From positions 186,001 to 250,000 of the forward strand of contig NW_003314395.1 in assembly GCF_000143415.4 (NCBI RefSeq): 64,000 nucleotides of DNA, written 5' to 3'. Below the pieces are notes generated by a model that saw nothing but the letters and a program-made list of their open reading frames with translations, was not told the DNA's origin and ran no database searches. Shown here piece by piece: positions 33,383-46,908 of this stretch. The DNA comes from Selaginella moellendorffii (Eukaryota > Plantae > Lycopodiophyta). The translations under genes were made by a program, and so were the position numbers. Each line of letters begins with the position of its first letter. Positions within the stretch are counted from its first letter, which is position 1.

Positions 33383-34363
33383 ATGTCGGCATACGCAGAG
33401 TCTTATCAGCCGGCGGTGACGCATTTCTGCCACGGGTGTAATCTCTCGGTGCGCGCAGTGACCACGGACGATGTGATCTGCCCGTTTTGCCAGGGGGGTT
33501 TTGTGGAGGAAATCTCTAGCGATGAGGAAATTCCGGTGGCCGCAAGCACGAATTCCGCCCCTGGCAGCGCCGCTCCTCCTCCTCCTCCTCCTCCTCCTCC
33601 TCCGCCAGGGCCAGGATCCACAGCGCCTGAGTATCCACCCAGAGTTATTCCACAGCGCCATATGTTTATCCAAACGTTGACAGCCTTGATGCAAGGTTCT
33701 TCAATCTTTTTTTTTTGGTTTTCTTCCATGCATTGTTTACGCTGTTCTTTGCTTTGCCTCTTCCCAGGTGGTGGAGTTGGGAACGTAGAGTTCGTTGTGG
33801 ACCATGTCGGCAACCAGGGTTTCGTTGCCGACAATGGCGCCAACCCGGGCTCGCGCCGCACGTTTGGCAACTTTGGGGACTACTTCTTTGGCGCAGATTA
33901 TGATCACCTTCTCCAACAGCTTGCCGAGAATGATTTAAACCGCTACGGCACTCCGCCCGCGTCCAAGACAGCAGTGGAAGGCATGCCGACTATGAAGATC
34001 ACAGACGAGCACCTGGCCCAGGATTCCGCTCCGTGTGCGGTTTGCAAAGACGAATTTGAGTTGGGAACAGAGGTCCGCGAGATGCCGTGCAAGCATTTGT
34101 ACCACCCGGACTGTATACTTCCTTGGCTCAAGCAGCATAACTCGTGTCCGGTGTGCCGGTTTGAGTTAGCGACGGATGATGCAGATTATAACCAAGCTCG
34201 GATGCCTGGGACTGCTGGCAGTGGCGGAGGAGGTGGTCGCAGGGGCCGAGAATTTCTCCGGGGCCATCCGTATCGGGTCCCAGTGCCTCCATGGCTATTG
34301 GGGAGTGAAGCGTCTGGGTCTGGGGGTGGCGAGGAATATGATAGCTTGCGGGATGTGGACTAA
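33383..34363 (+). CDS. RING-H2 E3 ubiquitin ligase with N-terminal zinc ribbon (RING1/RNF126-like)
   Basis: FCHGC...CPFCQGGFVEE, GTPPASK and CAVCKDEF...MPCKHLYHPDCILPWL..HNSCPVCR; probable in-frame intron at about 33695-33768. Confidence 0.92.
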   Translation: MSAYAESYQPAVTHFCHGCNLSVRAVTTDDVICPFCQGGFVEEISSDEEIPVAASTNSAPGSAAPPPPPPPPPPPGPGSTAPEYPPRVIPQRHMFIQTLTALMQGSSIFFFWFSSMHCLRCSLLCLFPGGGVGNVEFVVDHVGNQGFVADNGANPGSRRTFGNFGDYFFGADYDHLLQQLAENDLNRYGTPPASKTAVEGMPTMKITDEHLAQDSAPCAVCKDEFELGTEVREMPCKHLYHPDCILPWLKQHNSCPVCRFELATDDADYNQARMPGTAGSGGGGGRRGREFLRGHPYRVPVPPWLLGSEASGSGGGEEYDSLRDVD

Positions 34364-34582
34364 GCTCTTGATGTCATCTGATTGTTTTTTCCTACAGTAC
34401 CTAGCTGCAGCAGCAATGTTTCATTTCTTACATTTGGCACAAGAGGGACACTATAAATGTAAATTGCATCTGTCAAACGAGGATCTTCTTCTCCTAGTGT
34501 TATCTGCATTCTACTTGTTGAGAAGGTAAGAGGTTTGTGAGGGTGGCAGTCTTTGTACACTGTCAAGAGCCTTCTGGTTATA

Positions 34583-36882
34583 CTACTTTCGAGCCTTCTT
34601 CTTTCCCTTCTCCGTGACATCCCAAGCAGCAGAGCACAGCTTCTGCTGCAATTGCCGCTTCTCCGTGGGAGGCTTGAAGTTGAAACAGCCTGGAAGGAAG
34701 CCATCAAACCACAAAAGAGTGAGAACAAGATGGATGAATCTCCAAGCTTTTGCTGTGATCACCTGTGTCCGAGGGAGTCTCCTTAAAACCATCAAGGATT
34801 GCAATGATGCCTCCGTCCTGCAACGAAGAGGAGAAGCCGGTTCGGGAACCAAGAGGATCAAGAAGCAGCCTTACCTTGTCGTGAGCTATGGTCTGATTTC
34901 TCCAGTACGCCAGTGGAGGTACAAGCAGCCTTCCTGTAAATGTTCTAGAGCCGTCACCGAAATGATCCAGCTTTTATTCGAAAGTGCTTACCACTCCTGG
35001 AAGTCTTCAAACCATAAGCCTCGATCACCTCGTCTTGCTTCACACGGGACGCTGGCAGCGGCGGGGGCACATTCTGCGAACACATCAAGTCAGGGACATG
35101 CACAAGGAAAAGATTGGACTTACGGAGGAGCGCTTTGGTCTCCGCTTGGTACGTTTCGACTGGGCAGTAGACGCCCCGGCTTCAATCTGGTTGTTAGTGC
35201 CAGAGACCACCTGCTGTTTCATGCTATCCTGTCCCACTTCTTGAGGAGTAGCAAGCAACTCTGATCCTGCTTGCTCAGTTTGCTCACGAGCCTCTTTATC
35301 TTCCTCGATAGAGCTCGGCTCTCCCGAGTCCACTGGAGGTGGTGCCGGAGCTTCCGCTTCCTCCTGTGGAAGCTTGTTCTTCCTAGGCCGGCCACGCTTT
35401 CCTGACGGCTTCGACAAGGGCCTCTTCCGTCCCCTCGCCGGTGATGGCTTTATGCTCTTCCGCTGCTCGGCAATGGTGTCGTTGTTTTCAACCACGGACT
35501 CGGCCCGGGCCTCGACGGTATCTCTCGGCTTTGGGCTCGGCGGCTTCTCGGAACCTGGCCGTTCGTGGACTTCAGCAGCCACGGTATGTTCCGGAGATCC
35601 GGCACCTGCTTGTTTCAGAGTAAGTTCTGCCACTGTACGTTCTCGAGTTTCTGTTCCCACGTCTTGTTCTCGCTCTGTCCCGAAAAGTTCCTCCACGATG
35701 GCTTCGGCAGCAACATCAGCCTCACCTTCGGCAACCGGTTCTTTGCAAGTAATCTCTGCAACAGTAGCCACCTCATTCTGGACCTCAGTCACTACTATAA
35801 TAGGTTCTGTGTCGCCATGAGCAACGGTAGTCTTCGTCTCCACACTTGGCTCTTTGCTGACCACTTGTGTTTCTGTTGTTGGTGATGCGGCTTGACTCTC
35901 ACTCGCAGCTGCCCCTTTGCTGCTACAGGGACTTGATCCCCCGAGCGAGCGCTTAGTGTCGCCGACTTTCTTGGTCATTCTCGAGACTTCGGTGTCGTCT
36001 TGGAGAACTCTCTCCCACGTACACGGGAAACCGGAATAGAATATATCAGCGACCTGAAATTTGCAGTAAGAACCAAGTGAAGGAACAGCCAAACTAGACC
36101 AGCTTACCCAGGCTGAAAACCCATTGGCAATAGTTGTTTCCTCGTCCATGGACCCCATCAAACGAACCTCAACTCCATCACAAGTTTTCAGTCTGCTCTT
36201 GTCAGTGCGCTGGGCAATCGGGCCAGTCTTTACGAATTCCGAGTCCATCCTAAAGCATAGAATGCTCAACAAGTATCCCGATAGCAAATGAAGAACTTAC
36301 CCGTACTGAAAGCCACCCAAGGCTACTTGCAACCTTCCGGACGTAGTGTCGGATTCTTCGAGCTTGATAAGAAACCATTTGTGCAGAACGATCTGGAAAG
36401 AACGATAGAACAACTCAAAAACCAGCAAAGAGAAAACCGGACGACAAAAAAGACAGAGCTTTCCACAACCAAACTCTACCTGGAATTTTTTAGAACCCCT
36501 CCTATCTCCTCTCTTCTTAAACAAACCCACTCAAACAAGCAAAATCTCCCAGAACAAAGATCTCTAGCAAACCTGGTTCTCCGGTCGATATCTCGGCATG
36601 GAGCACGGCCACCGCCACAAAGAAGCCCTGTCGCCAGTACTACAAGGAGGAGACTCCACTGCGATATCCCTCCGCAGCGTCATCTCCCGCTTGAGCGGCG
36701 TGGCCGGGAAGAGCATCCCGCCACCGCCGCAGCCACTCCAGTGCCCAGATTCCGCCGCCGCTCCTCCCGCCTCGCAAAAGAATTTGTGCGATTTGCCCCT
36801 GTACTCGTGCTTCGTGGCGCACGAGTGGCAGGAGCAAGCCTGCTGCTGCCGCGGATCCATGGATCTCCGCGACGGGATCATA
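34583..36882 (-). CDS. KNL2: KINETOCHORE NULL2 (SANTA domain and CENPC-k motif)
   Basis: SANTA domain: LHKWFLIK...TGPIAQR..LKTCDG...FYSGFPCTWE. CENPC-k motif: KTSRSG|RLLVPPLAYWRNQ. Start is approximate. Confidence 0.85.
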
Positions 36883-36932
36883 GCGCGCGCGCGCCCGCCC
36901 CTGCTCTTCACTAAAACCCTACTCCACTGTCA

Positions 36933-37654
<722 letters not shown>

Positions 37655-37799
37655 GGCTCCTCCTCCTCCCTGCGCGGCGCTTTCGAAAGCAGTAAGCCCT
37701 AGAGAGCGGCTTCTAGGGTTAGGGCTTTACTGCAAAACCGCTGCCGTCGATCTGAAAATATTTGGTTTTGAAAGGACGGCCAGGATTTTTGTTGTATAT

Positions 37800-39015
37800 A
37801 CTATAAGATATTCTTTGTACGGCCTAGAATGAGGAAAGAACCATGCCTCAACTTTCAAAGGTAACCTTTCTTTTTCTTTTGAAGGGTTTGTTTGATATCT
37901 ACTGTCTATTTTGAGAGTCTACTAAAAAAGTATAAATTTCAAAGTATAAAATGTAATTAAGAAGCTAAGCATATTATAACATTTTCAATGAAATATTTTT
38001 ATTTCTATTTAATTCTCAGTTTCATATATTTACTAGCATTTGCCCAGCATATGTTGCCTAGTTAGCAAAATACTTTTTATATATTAAAAACGAAATTGGA
38101 ATAGTATCAAAAAAACAAATATTGTATTCCACTTTGAAAGAAGAATTGGGTGAATATAAAAATCAATTCTTGTAAACTTAATAATATAAATATTTACAAC
38201 AAAATAAGTAAGAATAAATATTCATTAACAAAAATATTAGATACAAATTATTATTTGGAAATATGAATATATTTGGAAAAATACCCTACCCAGAAAAAGT
38301 AAAAATGAAATTTATATTATTAAAAATATGTTATATGTAAATTTTATTTCTAGTTGGGATAAACTTATATTAAGATTTTATCAAACAGAAAAGAATAATT
38401 ACTAAGAATAATTATTACTCATTTTTATTAGCAAGACATTACTTAATTATGCTTTTTACTTAAACAATAAGTTTACATTAATATATTATGACCCATATCC
38501 AGTCAAGAAAATAATTACTAACAAAATATTTTGTAAATATATATGCTATAGAAATTGTAATTCCATAGTATTATGTACTAATAAACTATCATTACAGTTA
38601 GGAATAAGAATTTAAAATATTACAGCTTTAATCAAGTGTTGCATACATTATCTTAGTTTTTCTGAATGAGCTAGATTGTAAGTAGCTAGGGCTATATAAA
38701 AAAAATATAATATATACTCCTATTGTTGATGCTTGAAATTTTGATCATGATCCTACACATTTATAAAACTACATCTATAAAACTAAGTCAACCCACATTT
38801 GATATACTATTATTTGGTGTTGGGTTTAATATGTTATAGTGATATTTAAATAGGCTATCGAATATATTTTAGTTTATTCTTACAAAATAAGATTATCCTA
38901 GAATACAGTTTTCTTATTATATTTACAAATACTGTTAACTTAAATTATAAAATTTCATTGTGACCTAAAATATTCAAAGATTATAATAATTTATAAAATA
39001 GAATAAGTTTAGATA
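37800..39015. other. Very AT-rich non-coding tract; possible decayed Helitron (minus-strand hairpin + CTAG|T at about 38031-38060)
   Basis: Abrupt compositional shift. The reverse complement reads ...ggcaacatatgctgggcaaatgCTAGTa. The tract resumes after the LTR element (45085-45270). Confidence 0.3.
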
Positions 39016-39177
39016 TGTGAGTGCATGGAATATGGAAAAGGAATACAGAAATGTGAATATCAATTAGCCCAAAAACCCTAAGCGAGTGGTCCGAATTAAA
39101 ACCAATCTGACAACTACCATAATCCCACTATGTTAATATTAATATACGGCATCATAGCTGTATACTTGGCCCTCACA
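39016..39177 (-). repeat. 3' LTR of the gypsy element
   Basis: TGTGAG...CTCACA; homologous to 44917-45084. Confidence 0.88.
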
Positions 39178-41581
39178 TCATCCCCTCCTCTCGGAATAAT
39201 GGAAGACTATTAGGGTTCTCTTGTAGACGGGTTGGGATCTGGAGGAACATTAGGAGGAGGCATCGGCAGATCTGTAGGTGGTATTAACTGCTCATGATCC
39301 CTTTGTATGAAACGTTTCAATCGCTGCACATGCACAATCTCTAGAGGATCAGCCTGCTGAACATCATGCCAAACCTTATAAACTTGTGGTCTAACTTGCT
39401 GCAACACTTGATATGGTCCTTTCCACTGTGCAAGGAGCCCCTTAGATAAACCACATACCATAAGATGGGGAAAACAGACTAACACCAAATCATTCACATT
39501 GTACTCCGCAGGTGGACAATGATAAAAGTTGTACCGCCATTGTTGTCCCACTTGTACGCAGCCTAAGTGTTCGGCAGACTCCGTTCGGACAAGTGGAAGA
39601 ATGCTCATCAAATACTGATCCCATGACCTAGCATCTGCAGGTCGTGGCAATCGCAAAGGTAAACCCCGCTCCATTGGTAATATTGGATCATGACCATATA
39701 GGAGTTTATATGGTGAAGCACCTATAGAACTCTACACCTTTGTGACATATCCATACCGAAGAGACGGCAAATAACCATTCCAATTCGAATGCTAAAAGTT
39801 CACATACTTCGCAATCATCCCCTTGAATGTCCAAACGAGCCGTTCCACCAGACCGTCTGATTGTGGATGATAAACACTCGTGAAAGTGTGGCATATCCCT
39901 AACCAAGACATCAAAACATGAAATGCCTCAACCATAAATCCAGGACCATTATCCAAAAGAATCCATTTAGGACAAGAATGTTGGAACACCACTCGATTAA
40001 GGACGAAGTATCTAACAGCAGTTGCAAAGGTGTTAGCAAAAGCACCAATTTCCACCTAACGAGTCAAGTAGTCAGAAGCAATAATAACATACTCATTATC
40101 AGTAGTTGACCGTGGGAAAGGTCCCATAAGATTAAACGCCACCAACTCAAATGGACGGGAAACTGCAATTGACTCCAACCGTCCTTCCGCAGCTTGAGGG
40201 GGAGTAGTACGAGCTTGGCACCAAACACAACTACGCACATACTGAATAATATCACATCGCATCTCCAGCCAATAAAAAGACCTACGCAGCTTCTCGGTTA
40301 CACAACGATGTCCCATATGCCCACCTAGAACAGGAGAATCATGGTAGGCATGGAGAAACTGCGGAATAAAGATAGAAGGCACCACCAGCCATAAATGATT
40401 ATCAGGATCCATCCCCACAAAATAAAGAAGGCCGTCTTCAAGGTGATATTGAGAATGTAAATGCCGAAAAGGCAAGTCATCAGCAAGTGATGCAAGATTC
40501 TCAAACCCATCTTGAAGCCTTCGAATCCATGGCTTAATCTTTTGAGCCTCGCAAACCTCATCAAGAGAAGGTAGATCTTGCTTTGCGCCTTGTGGACACT
40601 AAACGTCAGGTACAGCAACTGCCAATGGCACAGAATCCTCGTCTAGAAAATCCATAGAGGTTGGAACAATAGGCTTATCAGAAACATGAGAAGAGAATGA
40701 AAAAGGAAAAGGAGCTCGAGAAAGGGCATCAGCATCAGCCATAGAATTCCCTAGATGATGAACAACATCAAAATCATATATCTGAAGTTTCAAAACCCAT
40801 CGAGCAGAACGATCAACCAAGTTCTCCTGCTTCAATAATGAAGTAACAACAGCATAATCACTTTCAAGTAACATTCGAGAATAGATATACATGAAGTTTC
40901 TCGAAACCCCAAACTGCTGTTAAACACTCTTTCTCTATCGTGGAGTAGTTCATTTCCGCTAATTGTAATGTACGGCTTATATACGCAATGGGATGGTGCT
41001 AACCAGGCACATTTGAGCTCTCTTGCATCAACACACCTCCAAGACCAAAGTCAGAAGCATCCATGTGTAAAATAAAAGGTCGAGTGTAGTCAGGATATGC
41101 CAAAACGGGAGGAGTTGTCAATAGCTCTTTGAGATCCCCGAATGCCCGCTCACAACCTGGAGACCAGATGAAAGATGATGTTGATGACTTCAGCAACACT
41201 TGCAATGGTGCAGTGCAATAAAAAAGATGATCCACAAAACGACCGAGATACTGCACCTTGCCCAAGAAGCACTGCACATCATTCACACACTTCGGAGTAG
41301 GGAACTTTAGAACAACCACAAGATTGTCAGGATCAACTTGCAAACCCTCACGAGAAATACGGTACCCAAGATAAGTTGCATCCTTGGACCCAAACACGCA
41401 CTTCGACCGCTTCAGCTTTAAACCAATGTTGCGTAGCCGATCCAACACTTTACACACATCACAAATATGCTCTTCTCACGTCCCTTTCGTGAATCAAGAC
41501 ATCATCAATGAAGTCAGCAGTCACCTTTGGCATATCACAAAGAACTTCGTCTATCATCCGCTAGAAAGTTGTTGGAGCATT

Positions 41582-42660
41582 TGTAAGCAACCAAAGGGAA
41601 CGACTTGAGAGACGATCCATGAGGTTCAAATATAGAAGGAAAGGGCCCATGAATAAGAGTGCACCCTCTTTTCCAATCAGTTAAGGGTCTTGGGATATTT
41701 GGGGTTAAGCGTCCTTGGGTTTGAATAGTACTAGGCTGGGTGACTTGCTGGGAAGTCCAAACTCATGAGCTTACATTTGGTATCGAAGCGGTCTCGGGTC
41801 CAACTCTATTGGTTGGCTAAGAGAATCACACCACATATTGATTGACATCTGGCTGGTCCATTTGGTATCGGAGTGGTCTCGGGTCCGACTCTGTTGGTTG
41901 GCTAAGGGAATCACACCACATGTTGATTGACATCTGGCTGGTCCAGTTTGCTCCCGCTGGGCTCGACCCGAGGGGTAGGGTGTCAAGAGAGCGGGGCTCT
42001 CGGGAGAGCTGCGGCTCTCAGCTTCCGTTCACGAGGGCGTGAACTTGCAGGGAAGCGTGGTGGATTGTAAACAACCAAAGGGAATGATTTGAAAGATGAT
42101 CCGTTAGGGTTCAAAGATAGAGGGAAAGGGTTTATGAACAAGAGTGCACCCCCTTTTCCAATCGGTTAAAGGTCTTGGGATACTTGGAGTTAAGCGTCAT
42201 TGGGGTTGAATAGTACTGGGCTGGGTGACCTCCCGGGAAGTCTAAACTCAAAAAGCTTACATTTGGTATCAGAGCAGTCTCGGGTCTGACTCTGTTGGTT
42301 GGCTAAGGGAATCACACCATATGTTGATTGACATCTGGCTGGTCCAGTTTGCTCCCGCTAGGCTCGACCCGAGGGGTAGGGTGTCAAGAGAGCAGGGCTC
42401 TCGGGAGAGCTGCGGCTCTCAGCTTCCGTTCACGAGGGCGTGAACTTGCAGGGAAGCGTGGTGGATTGTAAGCAACTAAAGGGAACGACTTGAGAGACGA
42501 TCCATGAGGTTCAAATATAGAGGGAAAGGGCCCATGAATAAGAGTGCACCCCCTTTTCCAATCAGTTAAGGGTCTTGGGATATTTGGGGTTAAGCGTCCT
42601 TGGGTTTGAATAGTACTGGGCTGGGTGACCTCCCGGGAAGTCCAAACTCAGGAGCTTACA
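41582..42660 (+). mobile_element. Cassandra TRIM tandem dimer (LTR-int-LTR-int-LTR) nested in the gypsy RT
   Basis: LTRs at 41582-41775, 42066-42261 and 42467-42660 (TGTAA...TTACA), each with the 5S rRNA-like segment gttaagcgt..tagtact.ggctgggtgacc..gggaagtcc. PBS tggtatc(a/g)gagc (iMet); purine tract before each downstream LTR; TSD GCATT. Confidence 0.92.
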
Positions 42661-44916
42661 GCATTGTTCAAACCAAACGGCATCACCAATAACTCATACA
42701 AACCAAACGATGTACAAAAAGTAGTCTTAAGAATATCTTCTTCAACCATCGGTACTTGCCAGTACCCAGAAGCAAGATCTAGCTTAGTGAACCAACGACT
42801 TTGGCCCAGACGATCCAAAAGATCAGCAGTGTGAGGAAGAGGGTACATATCCGGGATCGTCACTTCGTTTAATTGACAATAGTCAATGCAGAAATGAATA
42901 CTCCCATCAGGTTTTGTCACAAGATGAGGTTCACATGCCCAAGGACTTCGCGACTTTCGAATAACACCCTTCTCCAACATTTCCTTGACGTTTGCACGTA
43001 AAATCTTGATCTCCATAGGTGACTGACGACGAACAGGAATCTTGATTGGACGAGCATCCCCGATGGAAATCGGATGACGTGTGGCAATCTTGGCCCCAGA
43101 CGATAAGTCAAATTCAAAGAGATCAGAATACTCCTTGATAAGCTGGTCAACAGCTGCAACACAAAAATCATCAGAGGGATCGGAAAAGGGAAGAGCAGAA
43201 TAAGATGGAAACACAGGAGGAAATAGTGGGGGAACAAAGGTAATAGAAGCAGAGGTAGAAATACAGGGACGAAGAGGTACGGAAGTGAGAGGAATGGATG
43301 AAACATAAAGAAGTATGAGACAAGGGGGAAAAGCCTCAAAGTCAAACTTGGCATGATTGTGCTGCAATCAATCCATATTAAGAATGAGGTCAAAAGCTTG
43401 ACTTGGCACCACCCGCAACGATTGCAACTCAAGCTCGAGATTGTCCACACACACAACCAAGTCCACCTCATCTTGTGCACATGCATGTGTACGGCCGTTG
43501 CCATAAAGAATGAAAACTGAATCCGCCGCACAACACAAGTGTAGACAACAACGTGTGGCAATAGGTCAAGCAATAGAAGATAAACTCGAACCTGTATCAA
43601 CCAACATGGAGAGAATAATAGGAGACCTCTTGTTATAAAAACGAGCTTGGAAAGTAAACACTGGATGAACCAATGCCGAGTGAACCCCTTGATGATACTC
43701 CCGAAAGAAAGATGGAGAGGTCACTAACTTATTTGCACAAGGTCCCTTTGTTACTCGCACGACTCCCCATTTCCCGGATGCACCTCGATGTCCAAGCCTT
43801 CCACTGCAGCAGCACCAACGAGACGTTGCTGACGCCAAGGTCTCCACCCAGGAAATGGAGGTTGCCAATCCAAAAAGCGCCGACAACATTGATAAGTATG
43901 ACTAACTTCATCACATGCCTAGCAATGAACATCATGGCCACGACCACGTCCTCGCCTTTATCCTTGGACTCGAGTAGCAGCAGCATCAACCTCCATTGGA
44001 ACAGGACCATCACTCATAGGAAATGGAGCTGAAGGACGTGTAGCGAAAAGTGGAAGAGGTGATGTCTCATAACGTTGTGCCAAGCGAAGAGCATCATCAA
44101 GGGTGGCAGGAGTAAGTGCATGCATAAATCTGACAAGATTTTGACGAAGTGCTGACCATAACATTCCTAGCTTGATCCACTCCGACATATTGGGCTCTGT
44201 ATGAAGCAAAAGACTTCGGAAATGAACGCCAAATTGCATCATTGACTTAGATGGCCCTTGGCGAAGATGATGCAATTATTGGAAGGCATCATCACAATCA
44301 TCGGCATGTCTGAAGGCGCATTTGAAGATGTCCAGAAGAACACTCCAATCCCCACAAGTGGCTGCGCTCAATCCATTGTACCACTGCAACACCGTCCCTT
44401 GGAGACACATGGGGAACTCACGCAAACATTGAGCATCATCCTAAAAATGATATGTGGCAATCACTGTGAAGTGATTGAACCAATGGTACACATCATCCCC
44501 AAGATTCCCATGAAAGAAGTCTGGCCGAACACAAGGATTGGCACCAAGAGCAAGAGAAGTTGGACCACATGCTGTGAATGCCGCCATTAATTGAGTTTGG
44601 TTGGTCAATTGCAAGCATATAGCATCAAACAATTGAACCAACTGCTGCTCTAAAGTCAAAGGGGGAGATTGCTGATCTACCATGAAGATGAATGAAAAAG
44701 AAAGAGCAAAAGAAGAGAAATGACAAAAAGCTGGAAGGAAATGGTAAATCTAGACAATGCAAAAAACTAAATCTAAACCAAAATCCTGAAAGGAAAGAAC
44801 AAAAGAAAGGAAATGAAAAAAGTTAGATCTAGACAATGCAAAAGTTAGATCTAAACCGAAATCCCAAATCTAAGCACTCTCCAAGGACAATCAAAGATGC
44901 CCCTCATCTCCACCAA

Positions 44917-45084
44917 TGTGAGTGCATGGAATATGGAAAGGGAATACAGAAATGTGCATATCAATTAGCCTAAAAACTCTAGCTTATATACAAGAGCAAC
45001 TGGTCCAGATTGAAACCAATCCAACCGCTACCAAAATCCCACTACACTAATATTAGTATATGGCATCATAGCCATACACTTGGC
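44917..45084 (-). repeat. 5' LTR of the gypsy element (outer end slightly deleted)
   Basis: Homologous to 39016-39177 and adjacent to the tRNA-Ala PBS. Confidence 0.85.
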
Positions 45085-45631
45085 GATAAAGTTGATTAAT
45101 TTATTAGTAAAGCATTAAAAATGTTCACTTAAAAATAAATATTCATAAAGGTGTTTAATGGTAACTGTTAACCTCATGTTTAAAATGTAAGTTTCATGCC
45201 CATGTCATTACTATAATTGCCCGATCAATACATCATTAATAATCATTACAAAGAAGAAAAACATATGAGAGCTCTTCTCTAGTGGCCACGCTCACTTCTG
45301 TTGTCATTGGCGGAGGTGCCGTTGCTGCCGCTAGGGGCTTGGGAGTGGATCTAGAGCCCGCAGCTCCAAATCTGCTGTTGGCAGGGATTGGGAGCCGCAA
45401 TTTCACTAATGTAGTGCATTTTATTTCTCTCCCCTTAAGCCAACTGGAAAAAGAGCAATTGCTTGATGAGAGAGCCTTTAGTGGCTATTTTATCCCCATT
45501 TATCCCCCAAGGTTCCAAGGATCCACGGTGACAGTATATCTAAATCTTATTGACTATTGACTAACAACCCTTACTGAGCCAAGGGGAACCAACACCTCCA
45601 TTTCCACACTAAATCTACCAATCCTTCTATT

Positions 45632-45932
45632 GTGTACATTCGTTCATGGATACTCCACACAAGAGGAAGGACATACGCATGGATGGATATTCCACACAAG
45701 AAGAAGGAGATAGTACATTCGTTCATGAATACTTCACACAAGAGGAAGGACATATGCATGGATGGATACTCCACACAAGAGGAAGGACATAGTACATTCG
45801 TTCATGGATACTCCACACAAGAGGAAAGACATACGCATGGAAGGACATACGCATGGATGGATACTCCACACAAGAGGAAAGACATATACATGGATAGATA
45901 CTCCACACAAGAGGAAGGACATACGCATGGAT
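45632..45932. repeat. About 40-bp minisatellite (about 7 units)
   Basis: gatactccacacaagaggaaggacata alternating with cgcatggatg or gtacattcgttcatg. Confidence 0.85.
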
Positions 45933-46908
45933 GCCCAATATGTATGATTTCAAATTTAGGGGTAAAAATATACTTTGCTCAAGGATATATTATATTTTTA
46001 AGTAGTCACTAATCAATGGGAATCGACCCGTGCCATTTGCTCCAATACCAACTGGAGCGCACCTTATCTCTTTCCCATTAAACCAACTAAAAAAGGGGCA
46101 ATTACTTGATAAAAGAGCCCTTAGTGGTTATTTTATCCCCATTTATCTTCCAAAGTTCCAAAAATCCATGGTGACAGTCATCCCATGATCCCATGCGTTA
46201 CACCTAGCCATTTACTCGCTCTCCTTTAGCACTATGCCCTTTCCCTCAAGCACTAGTGGAGAATGCTAGGAGCAATGGTGGCGAGACTATAGAAAGGCAT
46301 CCCATCAAGCTCCGGATCTGCTGCTAGCACTTGTTCCCGCAGGGATTGCTGTGGCGATTGAGTGGGATCTTTACCTGGGAGATTTGGGAGCCGCAGCTTC
46401 ACTAGCCATTTACTTGAGTGCATCGCTCTCTTGCCCTTTCTCTAAAGCAGTGGTGCTTCATGTTGGGAGGGTTTTTGCAGGAAAATTTAAAATTCAAAAA
46501 ATCTCAAGAAAAATCTGTATGTAAGTTTGGACGATGATAGCAATTTCAGGAAAGACACAATTCTGGTCAACACTTTGCATGTGCCACGTGTTGCCACACC
46601 TTCTTCTCTTGCCCCACTTGGCTTGGCCGCCTCCCGGGAGCAAACATCAGCGCAATTATTCGCTAACACGTAGTTAAAGAAATAACCCCTTTACAGTTAC
46701 CCCCCCATCAGACGGCTGTGATTGGCTGGATCCGGCGGCCCAGAAAGTTCCTCCTTATTGTGATAGATATTTATAAATAAACATGCATTTTGATTAAAAA
46801 AAACTTGAAGCAGTGAGATATTTTATAAATGCTAGACCACTAACCTTCAAGAGTTTGGTAGTACAAAAATACACATTTTAGTTAACAACACAAACCACAG
46901 AAGTTTTT

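Larger units (their letters stand above)
39016..45084 (-). mobile_element. Degenerate Ty3/gypsy LTR retrotransposon with about 162-bp LTRs
   Basis: LTRs at 39016-39177 and 44917-45084; PBS at 44896-44915; PPT at 39178-39192. Domain order gag, LVDTGS protease, RT (LDLASGYWQV, MPFGL, FIDD), RNase H (DASDFGLG), integrase (HxxxC, DNG, GPY). Many stops. TSD AGATA with a partial GATA on the right. Confidence 0.93.

Noticed and set aside
41700-41760. 5S rRNA gene
   Set aside because: Only the internal promoter portion matches, and it is embedded in TG...CA LTRs; it belongs to the Cassandra element.
45632-45932. Regularly spaced repeats resembling a CRISPR array
   Set aside because: The intervening sequences are themselves repeated rather than unique spacers; eukaryotic context and no cas genes. 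It is a minisatellite.
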